64,000 bases of DNA, from NCBI GenBank assembly GCA_964016885.1, contig OZ024743.1, positions 69,192,001 through 69,256,000 of the forward strand, written 5' to 3'. The notes below the pieces were generated by a model. That model was not told the DNA's origin. It saw nothing but the letters and a program-made list of their open reading frames with translations, and made no database searches. The position numbers and the translations under genes were made by a program. Numbering within the stretch: the first letter of the stretch is position 1; each line of letters begins with the position of its first letter. The DNA is from Eledone cirrhosa (taxonomy: Eukaryota). Below are positions 1 to 13,118 of the stretch, piece after piece.

Positions 1-190
1 TCAACGGAGTACTCACATGTCCATGGCATGAACAATGGTGAACGTGATAATTGATCATCAGTCGATCAGAAACAATATCACAATTGACTTCTTTTGAAAC
101 ATGGATTTATCGGTTTTAAAGTTGTCGTTTACAACTATCTGTGATGTACGTCGCTTAAATTTCCATGATATCTGTCTAACTTGGCACTGG

Positions 191-305
<115 letters not shown>

Positions 306-408
306 AACATAAATACAAATATAAATTAGCGAGAATCGCCCTTTCGGCTATTGGAAATTAGCGTAAAACAACTTCCGAGATGTGTGGCAAGCGCTCCATA
401 GAAACTAG

Positions 409-471
<63 letters not shown>

Positions 472-579
472 GGTTATAATATTATAGATGTAGCGAGATC
501 TAGGCAAATTGATGTCTATTGAAACGTACGTCAGAACCGAATAAATCTCTTTTACTGCATCTTTCTGTTCTTTTTAATT

Positions 580-655
<76 letters not shown>

Positions 656-724
656 ATCTGTGGTTGTGTTTGTGTGTGTATGTGTGTGTGTGTGTGTGCT
701 CGTGTGTGTGTGTGTGTGTTATAT

Positions 725-960
725 AGGTTGTCGGTTTGGGAGAGTCGTAAGAGCATTGGATAATTCTATCTTGTCTCAGCGCTCTATGTTCAAATCCCAC
801 CGAGGTTCAGTTCCTCATGTTCAGTTCTGGTGCAGCCCTCTGTCTTTCCAGCAGGCACATCAATGTTCCACTGGGTGATAGAAGGGGTGATTGAAAAGGT
901 GTCTGTGTCTGCTCACGATTGGATAGGCACAGAATAGTCTTTGCAAAAACATCGTAGAAA
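725..960 (+). mobile_element. Degenerate tRNA-derived SINE-like repeat
   Basis: B-box-like ATGTTCAAATCCCACCGAGGTT (~787-808), similar to the head of the abundant SINE but with a different body. Confidence 0.4.
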
Positions 961-1011
961 CAACTAAGTAATACTCCATTGCTAGTTTAGTGACAGATGT
1001 AGTGGTATATA

Positions 1012-1057
<46 letters not shown>

Positions 1058-1085
1058 GTTATATATATGTATATATATGTATATG

Positions 1086-1149
<64 letters not shown>

Positions 1150-1233
1150 GTTTCCTATTAAACAATGCTTCAAGCGAGCTACAAAGCTCTTTTATATATA
1201 CATACTTACACACACACATATATATATATATAC

Positions 1234-1295
<62 letters not shown>

Positions 1296-1452
1296 AAGGT
1301 AAACAAAAACCAACACATTGGAATGATACAGTTTAATGAACACATATTAGGTTTATGCTTGAAATAGTAGGACACATTTTTTGGACGTTCTTCCTTCGTC
1401 TGAAGAAGGAGTGAGAGATAAAATAAGGAAGAGTAACATAGCCTAAAATAAT

Positions 1453-1638
1453 GGTTCTTATATAGGCACAAGGCCAGCAATTTTTGGGGTGGGGAAAGTC
1501 GATTAAATCGATCCCAGTACGTTACTGGTACACTATTTTATCGACCCTGTAAGGATGAAAGGCAAACTTAACCTCGCCGGGATTTAAACTCAGATCGTAA
1601 CGAACCGTAAGACGATGCTGCCAATCAACTGCTCTTAG
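1453..1638 (-). mobile_element. tRNA-derived SINE (abundant family) with 15-bp TSD
   Basis: Minus strand has a B-box-like CTGAGTTTAAATCCC, CTTTCATCCTTACAGGGTCGATAAAATAGTGTACCAG and the TTGCTGGCCTTGTGCCTA tail. Flanked by direct repeat ATAGCCTAAAATAAT at 1438-1452 and 1639-1653. Confidence 0.9.
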
Positions 1639-1814
1639 ATAGCCTAAAATAATAATAAGTAGAAACGGAAAACACATTTTTTGTTGAGCAAACACGAGTG
1701 TCAGACATGTTTTCAGACTTTTCGGGACCTTCAGAAAGTTAGACATTCTTCAATCTCTAGACGTAGATATAGATATAAATATTTCAAAATGTAACGGGCA
1801 AACACAAAAATACA

Positions 1815-1851
<37 letters not shown>

Positions 1852-1930
1852 CTCTCTCTCGCTCTCGCTGTCTCCACCCCCCCCCCCCCATTCTCTCTCT
1901 CTCTATATATATATGTGTGTGTGTGTTTCA

Positions 1931-2237
1931 TTTGGTTGATGCAAAAAAATGCAGTTTTTGATATGTTAAAGTCTGATGAAATAAACTATACTCGAGCAGC
2001 ATACCATTTTCATGCGTAGCTTTCGGTCTATTGATTTCTGCTAATAGCTTTGCATTCACTCTTTATGTTTGTTTATTTCAAACTATCAAGTGCAATATAA
2101 AAAAAATAACATAAATAGTGCGATTTTGTTTTTGTATAACTCAAAAATAAAACGCAAAGCAGCGGAAATTGCTCGCAATATCAACCAAGCATTTGACTAG
2201 GCTGACCATCGACAATTGTACTATTCGACATTGATGT
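1931..2237 (+). mobile_element. Mariner (Hsmar1-like) 5' fragment: TIR remnant plus decayed transposase N-terminus
   Basis: TTTGGTTGATGCAAAAAAATGCAGTTTTTG resembles a mariner TIR. Downstream translates RKAAEIARNINQAF, like the mariner HTH motif KAAETTRNINNAF. Confidence 0.7.
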
Positions 2238-2589
2238 CAATACATTTGTAGTGAAAATGTGTGTATTAAGAAAGAGGAGGGTCTTGGACCAGTGGGTCGT
2301 TTTTGAGACGGGCTTGTGAAAAACAATGAGATTGGGTTCACTAGACGTGAACAAGTTGTTTGCAATTTACACCACATTGGAATACCAAAAGTTTTATGTA
2401 AATGGTGTATCATGAGAGAAGAAAAAGGGAATAAAAATATGAATATAGCCATTAGGGTCTCTGGTCTGTGACATGTGACCGAAAATGGGTTATATACGTC
2501 TAAATCGTTGTATGTATTGTCTGACTTAAGGTGTAGAACAAAGCATTTCCCCAAACTGTAGCTGCATTGAAAGGAACATATGGTTAGTG

Positions 2590-2797
2590 GATTAGCAGTA
2601 TCGGTAGAGCGTCAGACACATTGCTTTTCAGCATATAGTTATGGCCATTTACGTCCTGAGTACAAATCCGGCTCAAGTTAGCTTTGCCTTCCATCTTTAC
2701 GGGGTAAACAAAATAAAACACCAGTAATGCACTGGGGTCGATTTAATCGACTTTCCGATGCCCCAAAATTGCTGGTCTTGTGCCTAAATTAGAAATC
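2590..2797 (+). mobile_element. tRNA-derived SINE copy
   Basis: GCAGTATCGGTAGAGCGTC head, CTGAGTACAAATCC, CTTCCATCTTTACGGGGT and TTGCTGGTCTTGTGCCTAAATTAGAAA tail. Confidence 0.85.
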
Positions 2798-2843
2798 TTT
2801 ATGTATGCTTTAAAGCACACACACACACACACGCATACATTCA

Positions 2844-3082
<239 letters not shown>

Positions 3083-3302
3083 GAGATAGAGAGAGAGAGG
3101 AAGAGAGAGAGATAGAGAGAGAGGGAGAGGGGGAGAGAGAGAACGGGGGAGAGGGAGATTTATTAAAATAACATTAAAATTTAAGCAAAGAATGGCTGTT
3201 ATTTTAATAAATATTTGCTCTATGGTTTTTATATATTTGATATATAGTCATCGTTATCGAGCCCCCTTTAGATTTTGTCCTTCACATTTATTATTTTTAC
3301 TC

Positions 3303-3420
<118 letters not shown>

Positions 3421-3813
3421 AAATTAAGATAAATTAAATGAATTTAATCTAAATCGAAATTGTGGGTGTCATGCCATAACGGCGTGCGCCATATCTCCCG
3501 TAAAATAAGCTCAAAGATTTTGTAGGTCCGAGCATTTTATAATAACTAGAAATTGATTAACATATATATAAACATGTATAATCACAGGAGATAATTTTTA
3601 TATTCAATTTATGTTAATTTTGGATATAGATATATACGGCTCCTTAATTGTAGAGCTAACTCTGTTGAAAGGAATCGACTGCTGTTTCTAGTTGTCGAAT
3701 ACCTATTCACGCCACTAAGACGAAGCCGCTGTGATGTGTAAAAACAACACGTGGTAGCGGCCAGTTGAAAATTTGAACTCGCTGTGTAAACATGTATTGC
3801 TGGACAATTGTTC

Positions 3814-3907
3814 TTCCTTGTTGATAATCCAATAATATCCACTTTCCCTGACTTACCATCTGATTAATTGGTGAAATATATTTCTTTAATGGAATATATA
3901 CAGTGAA
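3814..3907 (+). ncRNA. Type I hammerhead ribozyme, U3-A8 core variant
   Basis: ttccttg-TTGATAA-tcca...tggt-GAAA-tatatttc(tttaat)ggaatata-TA-cagtgaa. Confidence 0.65.
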
Positions 3908-4383
3908 AATTAATCATATTAAAAGGTATCTATTTTTGAACTACTAGTCAACTTTATTTATTTGTTACCTACTAGCTATGCGTGGTTACACGCTTGTAAA
4001 CAATATCTCCTGTGATTATACATGTTTATATATATGTTAATCAATTTCTAGTTATTATAAAATGCTCGGACCTACAAAATCTTTGAGCTTATTTTCCGGG
4101 CGATATGGCGCACGGCGTTATGGCATGACACCCACAATTTCGATTTAAATTAAATTCATTTAATTTATCTTAATTTTGGATATATATATATATATATATA
4201 TAAATACGGCTCCTTAATTGTAGAGCTAACTCTGTTGAAAGGAATCGACTGCTGTTTCTAGTTGTCGAATACCTATTCACGCCACTAAGATGAAGCCGCT
4301 GTGATGTGTAAAAACAACACGTGGTAGCGGCCAGTTGAAGATTTGAACTCGCTGTGTAAGCATGGATTGCTGGACACTTGTTC

Positions 4384-4470
4384 TTCCTTGTTGATAATCC
4401 AATAATATCCACTTTCCGTGACTTACAATCTGATTAATTGGTGAAATATATTTCTTTAATGGAATATATA
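4384..4470 (+). ncRNA. U3-A8 hammerhead copy truncated at the predicted cleavage site
   Basis: Nearly identical to 3814-3900. Similarity stops immediately after ...ggaatata-TA (4470). Confidence 0.6.
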
Positions 4471-4508
4471 GGCATACCGCTATGGAAGCACCATAGCTAC
4501 CATTATAC

Positions 4509-4603
<95 letters not shown>

Positions 4604-4647
4604 AATAAACGAAGCTAATATCACCCTGTCGACTTACACTTCATATT

Positions 4648-4679
<32 letters not shown>

Positions 4680-4938
4680 CTTAAAAGAATAGAGGTGTAA
4701 CACACAAGTTATTATATATTGGTAAACGGAATAGAAAATGCTGACAAATTGTTCACAGTTGAAAAATGGTTTAATTAGGAATGAAAGAGTATTAGTGATT
4801 GTATGGGTTAGTATTCAGTTGTGGTTTTAAGTTTTTAAGTTTTTACCGGTTGCGCATTTCTAAATGCTTTTCAAAAATAATTTTGAGATAGAGTGTCCGT
4901 GCTGTTTGCTCTGATCTGATTAGTTTTGGGAATTCTAC

Positions 4939-5168
4939 CTGTTTTTATGTTAAAAAAGTGGCTCCAGCGTTACTTTGGTGTTGCAAAATTTCTTGTGGTC
5001 AAAACAAATTTGATTGGTCGGTAGAGGTCATGTGAGTGTAAAAAATTGATTTTGCGCCAAGACTGTTTTTATGTTAAAAAAGTGGCTCCAGCAACAATTC
5101 TTGTGGTCAAAACAATTTTGATTGGTCGGTAGAGGTCATGTGAATAAAAAATTGGTTTTGCGCCAAGA
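4939..5168. repeat. ~120-bp tandem duplication in the Penelope terminal region
   Basis: CTGTTTTTATGTTAAAAAAGTGGCTCCAGC...GATTGGTCGGTAGAGGTCATGTGA...TTTTGCGCCAAGA occurs twice. Confidence 0.85.
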
Positions 5169-5193
5169 TTGAGAAATGACTCTTTCACAACAA

Positions 5194-5281
<88 letters not shown>

Positions 5282-5743
5282 TAGTAGTAGTAAGGTGTTC
5301 GATGTTGTGATAATTGTTAGCAGCGATGTGTGTCAAATGGCTATTGAGATAAGTGTGTGTGTGTGTGTGTGTGTATAGCAGAGTAATTCGTGGTGGCAGG
5401 GATGGTCAGTAAGAATGTGTCTGAAAGCAATGGGGGGTATTTTAGCATGTCAAAAGATATTTTTCAGCTTTTGTCTTATACGGAGAAGTGCGTGTGTGTG
5501 TGTGTATATAAGTCTCTTTGTATGTTGATGTACGCATGTGTATGTGTGTGTGTATATATGTGTGTGTTGTGTGTGTGTGTGTGGGTGGACCAGTATTTTT
5601 TCCCCCTGGTAAAATGGTGTACATTATTCGATTTTTTCAGTAAAATCGGTTCTCTTAATAGAACATCAAAAATCTTAACAATAAAAGGTGTGAAATGATA
5701 TTCACTATATATATATACACACATACATATATTCACTATATAC

Positions 5744-5774
<31 letters not shown>

Positions 5775-5920
5775 TATATATACACATATATATGCACATA
5801 TATTTGTTTGTGTTGCACCATAGAGCATGTGTGTTTACGTATGTCATTGTGTTTATATGTGGGTAGAGATGTGTGCTGATGTAGGTATGTATGTTGACGT
5901 GTGTATGTTGTGGGTTCGTC

Positions 5921-8168
5921 TTAGGGAGAAGTGTTTAGACGGGGTCCGTATTTGTTAATGAAGTAAAATTCCTTGCTGATGCGCTGGGTGTGGGTGGCAT
6001 TATCTTTAAATTTGTAGCGGGGAAAGATTCTGAAATTGGGATGATTTTGGGCGGCACAGGTATCAGTGTATTCACTCAGTGGTATTTTCCTGTATTCCCG
6101 TATTTTAATTTGGGATCTATAGACAGTCATGCGTTGGCGGAGGCTGTTTTTGGTCTCGCCTATGTATTGTTCTCGACAACCTGAACAAGTTAATACATAT
6201 ATTAGATTTTCCGATGCACATGTGAAATTGTGTTTTACTATAAAACGTTGTCCATCTTTGAAATAGAATTCCGAACCCTCTATTAGGTTGATGCAAATGC
6301 CACAGTTGGGTCTATCGCATTTTTTTACTGTGGGTTTCGTTGTTGTGGTTGGCAGTACTTTGGCATGTGTTAAGATGTTTTTCATTGACTTGGATTGTCT
6401 TTTGCTCTTTATGATATCGTGTGTTCGTAGAATTTGGTTCATTCTATGGTCCTTTTTCAATACAGGGATGTTCTGGAGGATGGTGTCAAAGGCCTCATTG
6501 TTGAGGGGGTTGTGCGTGGAGATGTATGGAAGAGCTTTTAGTTTTGGTTGATTTACTTTAGGGTGTCTAAGGTCCTGGGTACTGAGTTTTAGGGCACGTT
6601 GAATTCCATTGTCAATTAGTGATGCAGGGTAGTCCCTGCCTATGAGTGTGTCCTTTAGTTCTTGTAGCCGTAAGTAGCAGATGTTTTTATTGGAGACTAT
6701 AGTACAGATTCTCTTGGCTAAGTTGTAGGGAATATTAATTTTAACGTGTCTATGGTGGCAAGAGTTGAAGGGGAGATATTGCATGGAGTCTGTGGGCTTG
6801 TAGTATATCTCTGTTTTTATTTTTTTGTTATGGATCTTAATGAGGATGTCGAGGAAGGGGAGTTTTGATGGCTGTATTCCATCGTGAAGTTAATATTTGT
6901 GTTGAGCCCATTTATAAGGGTGTGAAATTCTTTAAGTTTTTCGATGTTTTCGTGCCAAAGGATGAAGCAGTCATCTAGATATCGCTTCCAGTTCCTTTCA
7001 ATGTGTAAGTGGAGGGTGTTTCCAAATTTGTTTAGGACTTTAGTGTAGAGGGTGATTTCCAGGTATCCCATGACTAGGTTGGCATAAGTGGGGGCTGTTT
7101 TCGTTCCCATAGCGGTCCCAGATTTCTGCCTGTAGGGTTTGTTATTGAAAACGAAGTAATTGTTCTCCAAGATAAATTTGAGTCCCTCTATCACGAATTC
7201 TTTTTTGATGCGTTGTGGGAGTTCATTGTGGAAATTATCCAGCCAGAATTGGATAGCTTCTATTCCTAGGTTGTGGGGGATGTTGGAGTATAGGTTGACT
7301 ACATCGAACGTCACTAGTAGGGTTTGTTCAGGAAGTGGCATATTAGGGAGGTGATTGAGCATATCTAGGTCGTCCTTTATATAGCTTTTGATGTGCTTGA
7401 GGAAGGGTTTGAGAAGGGTATCAATGAAGTTGCTAAGACGGTGTGTTTCGGAAGCGGGGCCTGCTATTATAGGTCTTAATTTGAGATCATTGGGTGAGGG
7501 GACATTGGTGACTATGTCTGTGGCTTCCTTGCATGCCTTACTTATTGATTCGCTTTTATGTACTTTAGGGATACCGTAGAAAAGGCTGGATTTACTTGTG
7601 AAGTCTGTGATGAAGCTGAATTCCTTGTTAGTGAGTCCTTCTTTGTATTGGTTGATTAGAGTTTTTAGGTTTCTCATAATTTTCTGTTGATTGTAGTGTT
7701 CAGCCTTTTCGTAGTATGTTTCGTTTTCCAAAGTGGAGAGCGCTAAGTTGATATAGAATTCTGTCTCCATTAGGACTACTGTACTCCCTTCATCAGCCTC
7801 TTTAATTGTAATGGTTCTGTCGGTTTTTAATCTATTTAATTCTTCCCATTCTTTCTTGTTGAGGTTTGGCTTGTGTTTTTGTCTGTGCAAGTGTTGGTAA
7901 GGGAAGTTTGTGATGTGTTCACAGAATTCGTCCAGGATTTTATTTCTACCTTTTGAAGGGGTGTAATTGCTTCTATTTCTGGCTAATGATTCATCCTCAT
8001 TGTACTGGTCGAATAGTTGTTCACTAAGTCGTAACTTTCTACAGAAGTCTGTGATGTCTTCCTTCATTTCATAGTAGTGAGGACGTAGTGGGGTCGGTGT
8101 GAATTTAAGAACTTTGGAGAGTAAGTTGATAAGGTTGGGTGTTGGTTCTGCACTAGTAAGATCGATAA
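5921..8168 (-). pseudogene. Penelope-like RT-GIY-YIG polyprotein, single 1-nt frameshift near 6864
   Basis: LLSKVLKFTPTP, FYGIPKVHK, LRPII, FDVVNLYSNIP, QKSGTAMG, RYLDD, then LPFLDI...YYKPTD in the next frame. CDRPNCGIC linker and LIYVLTCSGCREQYIGET endonuclease motif. Confidence 0.93.
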
Positions 8169-8566
8169 TTTTTTAACATAAAAACAGTCTTGGCGCAAAA
8201 TCAATTTTTTACACTCACATGACCTCTACCGACCAATCAAAATTGTTTTGACCACAAGAAATTTTGCAACACCAAAGTAACGCTGGAGCCACTTTTTTAA
8301 CATAAAAACAGGTAGAATTCCCAAAACTAATCAAATCAGAGCAAACAGCACGGACACTCTATCTTAAAATTATTTTTGAAAAGCATTTAGAAATGCGCAA
8401 CCGGTAAAAACTTAAAAACTTAAAACCACAACTGAATACTAACCCATACAATCACTAATACTCTTTTATTCCTAATTAAACCATTTTTCAACTGTGAACA
8501 ATTTGTCAGCATTTTCTATTCCGTTTACCAATATATAATAACTTGTGTGCTACACCTCTATTCTTT

Positions 8567-8672
<106 letters not shown>

Positions 8673-8721
8673 AATATGAAGTGTAAGTCGACAGTGTGAT
8701 ATTAGCTTCGTTTATTCACAT

Positions 8722-8781
8722 CCGCTGATATATACATTTGAGTGATAGCCTTTAATCTACAGCTATGACCTCATCAGGCAG
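8722..8781 (-). ncRNA. Decayed hammerhead motif
   Basis: ctgc-CTGATGA-ggtcatagc...gctatcact-CAAA-tgtatata-TC-agcgg. GAAA is mutated. Confidence 0.4.
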
Positions 8782-8910
8782 TAAGTATTTAAACAGAAAA
8801 AAACAGGAAAACATGATGTTGTAATGGATTTTACCGTGTTAATTCATTGATATTCCCAGCTCCTGGATGTCTTGTTAGTCCTCTAAGGAACCGGAAGCAT
8901 ATGTTTAGGG

Positions 8911-8963
<53 letters not shown>

Positions 8964-9160
8964 ACATATATTTATATGTATATGTATATAATGTATGTAT
9001 GTATATATACATATATAATGGTGAAATTAGTGAGAGTAAATTTTACTCATTTACTCATTTACCAGGTTTTAGCTCAATGTAATGATAGGATCATGCAGAG
9101 TTTTTATATAGTTACAGTTTGTTAACAGACCAAATAATTTAAGTGTTCAAGGCAATTAAT

Positions 9161-9229
9161 AACTGACAATTGTTTCTATCCAGATTATGCTAGGTATAGT
9201 GAGTATATATCGTGGGTGTTATCAGAGTT
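9161..9229 (-). ncRNA. Minimal type I hammerhead (G8 to A in this copy)
   Basis: aact-CTGATAA-caccca...tggata-GAAA-CAATTG-TC-agtt. An inverted partial copy at ~9530-9568 retains CTGATGA. Confidence 0.65.
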
Positions 9230-10314
9230 TAATTTTAAACTAAAACACCTTTTAGTACTCATACAACCGTAGGATTGCTTCAGATGAATATGAATATTGA
9301 TTTGTTAAACTTTATGTATTAAAATTCATTTTAGGAAAATCTTTCAATAAAAAAACTCTATTTTTCTAATATAAACTACAATTCAATCAAACAAACACAA
9401 CTAACACTATAATTTTTCTCACAATGATATTTTTAAAACTATATTTCTAACTGTAAATTTTATTGTGATGCTTTGATGAGTGATATTATATGTTCTAAAA
9501 TTTATTTTTTCCCGAGTGACTTGTATCGGTATTTTAATTAACCTCTGATGACACCCACCGTATATATCAGTAATGGCAAATTGTTAAATAAAATAATTTG
9601 CTCTATGTAGCATAACTTGGTTACAAACAATGGTCAGTTATTAACTCATAAAAGGCATTAGGACGTGTTTTTTCCTGCCAGCGACATATCAAACATATCG
9701 ATTTTCATCTGAGGATACTGTTCTTATAATCAAATGCAAATGCATGAAGCACATCTCGAATGCATGGAGAACGGGGAAAATCATAACTATAATAAGGGGA
9801 GGAGTGCGGTACTGCGTCCCGAATTTTTTTTTTATCCTGTTAGTAACATAAGTTGGATTACTTTGAATAAATAATGAATGAATATTACATAATTTATCTA
9901 CTAAATGTCGTAGCTGTTGATTAAATATAGATATTCTTATATAATGATTGTTTATTTTAAGATTCACTTCTTTTAAAATTTTCAATTTCTACATTTCCGG
10001 TTAGTGCCCGTTATATCATAACACTTATTACATTGCTTATATAAACATCCATATATTTGCATCGTTATATAAGGTTTCATTACATTTCACCGTAATGCAG
10101 TTTATATATAGCGTCTTTTTTAAATGTATTAATATCATGGATTAATTTACTGGTTACAGAAGTCACTGTAACACAGTCTCTCTTCAATTTCTGTGTATAT
10201 TGTCAATTACGATTTTATTTGACGTATAACTACATGTATATTTGCATATAATATCAATATACACACTACACATGATAGCAGAAGGCCACGCAAAATGTGG
10301 TTTTGTGCTAGTAA

Positions 10315-10497
10315 TTATAATTGTTTCTACTTTAGGCACAAGGCCAGCAATTACCCAGTACATTACTGGTACTTTATTTTATCGACCCCGTAAGGATGAA
10401 AGGCAAAGTTAACCTCGGCTGGATTTGAACTCAGACTGTAAAGGGACGTAACTATGCTAGAAAGCATGGCGTCCACCCCTCTACCGATACTGCCAAT
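10315..10497 (-). mobile_element. tRNA-derived SINE copy
   Basis: Plus strand TTTCTACTTTAGGCACAAGGCCAGC...GGATGAAAGGCAAAG...GGATTTGAACTCAG...CTACCGATACTGCCA. Confidence 0.9.
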
Positions 10498-10951
10498 GAT
10501 TAAACGATATATGTAACCTCAGCATCATATTTTGTTATTTTATACACCCCCCCCCACACACACACACATATATATATATACTTGTGTGTGTTTGGGTTTG
10601 TGTGTGTGTGTCTGTGTGTCCGTGCGTGTGTGTGTGTGTACGTATACAAAACGAACTTCCAAAGACCATACAACGTTGGATAGAATGCTATGTCGTATAT
10701 GTTGCGGCTCTATGCGTTCTTTATTCAAAATCAGGCCTAGGATAACTTTCCTCCTTACGGGGTCGATAAAACAGGGTCAATTCATCCACTATATGCTTTT
10801 GCACACTCACTCTCATTTTCTAGAAGAAATCTGTTGTGCGGTAGGGTAGGGTCAACCAGGTTTACAGCTCAAAAGATAATGCATATTACGATGGCACTCC
10901 TACGACTCCATCAGGAGTTACACGCTTATCAAACAATACACATACGCACAA

Positions 10952-10994
<43 letters not shown>

Positions 10995-11019
10995 TATATA
11001 TATATATATATAATATAAA

Positions 11020-11182
11020 AAGAAAAATCAGTGATGCATCTGGACTCAATTTTTTGTGCGGTACAATTGTTTCGCCGGCAGACAGCTCGAGACAGGATCA
11101 TTGTATGGATCTGTCTGATTCTAGAACTGCAGGTTCGTCGGACACTGGCAATAATTTCGGAACAAATTTTCTCACTGGGGTG
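11020..11182 (-). mobile_element. Penelope pseudo-LTR fragment with mutated hammerhead (11058-11145)
   Basis: Reverse complement of ~14745-14910. Core reads CCGACGA...GAAA-CAATTG-TA. Confidence 0.75.
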
Positions 11183-11411
11183 ATAGCTTCATTTTGGAAC
11201 ACATATTATTTGTTCTGTGCACAGACCTAAGTGTGCATCTTATACTCCCTGTATGTACTATATCACGCGCATACACGTACCCTCTCCTTACCCCTCTCTT
11301 TTTTTTTATATATCTCTATGTGACGTTATATGCATATTTGAATATATTGTATATGTTTGTTATTGTTTTTATATGTGTGTATATGCGTAGACGTGTGAGC
11401 ATATATATGTA

Positions 11412-11477
<66 letters not shown>

Positions 11478-11478
<1 letters not shown>

Positions 11479-12146
11479 TATAAAGTATGTCCATAGAATC
11501 ATTTGATAATATATATACAAAATTTCCCCTCCCAATTAGCATAATCAACCACACGAAAAAACAATTAAACCAGGCTATAAGATTAAAAGGCACCTATGAA
11601 GAAATAGTAGATCAATAAACGACAGCCATCTATTCGCGATCAACCGCTATAGAATATTTACCCAACATTTCAATAGCACGTGGAAATCGATTAAATATAC
11701 CGTTAACCATACACAATTACGTATAAAATTAAAGTTGGAAGAAAAAATGCATATACACATACCAGGATTACGTTTCTAACCTTAGGGTTTCATTCGCTTT
11801 CTGAAATATCTTATCAAGGATACATTCTCGAGCTTCGAACTCATCAGGAAACAAACTCACTTGGACAAAGATTTTTCTTAAATGATCCATGCCAGAAACG
11901 AATTCAAAATGGCTAAGAACTGTGACATGGTAGTCGGCTGGTTGCTAGAAAGCGCAGCCCAATGTTGCCCAAATTGCATCTCAACCTTATGGGAGATTGT
12001 CAAATATATAGATTTACATATACTCAACCTAGACAAAGTCACAGATATATATGTTTTGGAAACCATTCACGATTTGGCTCAATGATGAATTAATAAATTA
12101 AATAATCAGAGCAATATACTATAAAGTATGTCCATAGAATCATTTG

Positions 12147-12155
<9 letters not shown>
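11478..12155 (-). mobile_element. Non-coding HHR-bearing unit, family D (~640-bp period)
   Basis: CTATAAAGTATGTCCATAGAATCATTTGATAAT at both ends. (TA)n flanks. Internal HHR. Confidence 0.7.
11772..11852 (-). ncRNA. Type I hammerhead ribozyme
   Basis: gtttc-CTGATGA-gttcg...cgaat-GAAA-ccc(taa)ggt-TA-gaaac. One stem III mismatch. Confidence 0.65.
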
Positions 12156-12211
<56 letters not shown>

Positions 12212-12564
12212 CTATATGTTACGTGAATGTTAATGGACGTATTGTATATCTATTTTATTGTTTTTATATGTGTGTATATGTGCAAACGTATGTGTGTATA
12301 TATATATATATTTATAATATATTTTAATGTAGTTAACTGCTCGGAAATGCCCCATTTCTTGGAGCTTAATTATTGTAAACGACTGAGAGTTTATTCTCAA
12401 GATATAATATAGTATATTGCTCCTTAACTGTAGAGCTGATCTTTAATCCCGCATAAACGGCTGTTATTTCTAGCACCGTGAATGTGGGACGGCTTGTTTG
12501 GCCTGTCTACACACGTGTAGTCAGACCTGCAACATTTTTGATGTGAGATGTACTAATTTTACTT

Positions 12565-12739
12565 GATTCCTGTTGATAAGCACAGGATATTTGGATATTT
12601 CACTTTTTATTTCAATTCCATTTCGATTCTCTTTATTTTTCAATTCACATACCACCGTTGCGAAACGGATTTAGGTTCGAGGTTCAAATTCGTCTACGGA
12701 ACAGGTTTGGATTTTGAAATTTAAATCTGTCCAGGAATC
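12565..12739 (+). ncRNA. Type I hammerhead, U3-A8 core, expanded stems II and III
   Basis: gattcctg-TTGATAA-gca...tgc-GAAA-cggattt...aaatctg-TC-caggaatc. Perfect 8-bp stem I, 7-bp stem III base, GUC site. Confidence 0.75.
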
Positions 12740-13118
12740 ATGGCCGTTGCCAATATAAGCTTGTCTTTATTGACTTATATCGAGACAGACAAATTGTATT
12801 CACTTTAATTAGTTTATTTCATTAATAGCTAACTTTGTCTGTTACAATGCAAACACGTTTCGTGTTTATCATATATTTTAATGTATTTAACTGCTCGGAA
12901 ATGCCCCATTTCTTGGAGCATAATTATTGTAAACGACTGAGAGTTTATTCTCAAAATATATTATAGTATATTGCTCCTTAACTGTAGAGCTGATCTTTAA
13001 TCCCGCATAAACGGCTGTTATTTCTAGCACCGTGAATGTGGGACGGCTAGTTTGGCCTGTCTACACACGTGTAGTCAGACCTGCAAAACTTTTGATGTGA
13101 GATGTACTAATTTTACTG

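Larger units (their letters stand above)
3421..4470 (+). mobile_element. Non-coding HHR-bearing unit, family A (~570-bp period; inverted fragment plus partial tandem)
   Basis: 3421-3590 is the reverse complement of ~4005-4178. 3635-3900 is repeated at 4205-4470. Bounded by (TA)n. Diverged copies at 49105-50040. Confidence 0.8.

Noticed and set aside
4895-4935. Hammerhead in the terminal region of the main Penelope element
   Set aside because: Only CTAATCA...GCAAA resemblance; core and stems could not be satisfied
5921-8168. Programmed frameshift or selenocysteine recoding in the Penelope ORF
   Set aside because: No in-frame TGA seen. The break is a 1-nt homopolymer loss, best explained by mutation or sequencing error
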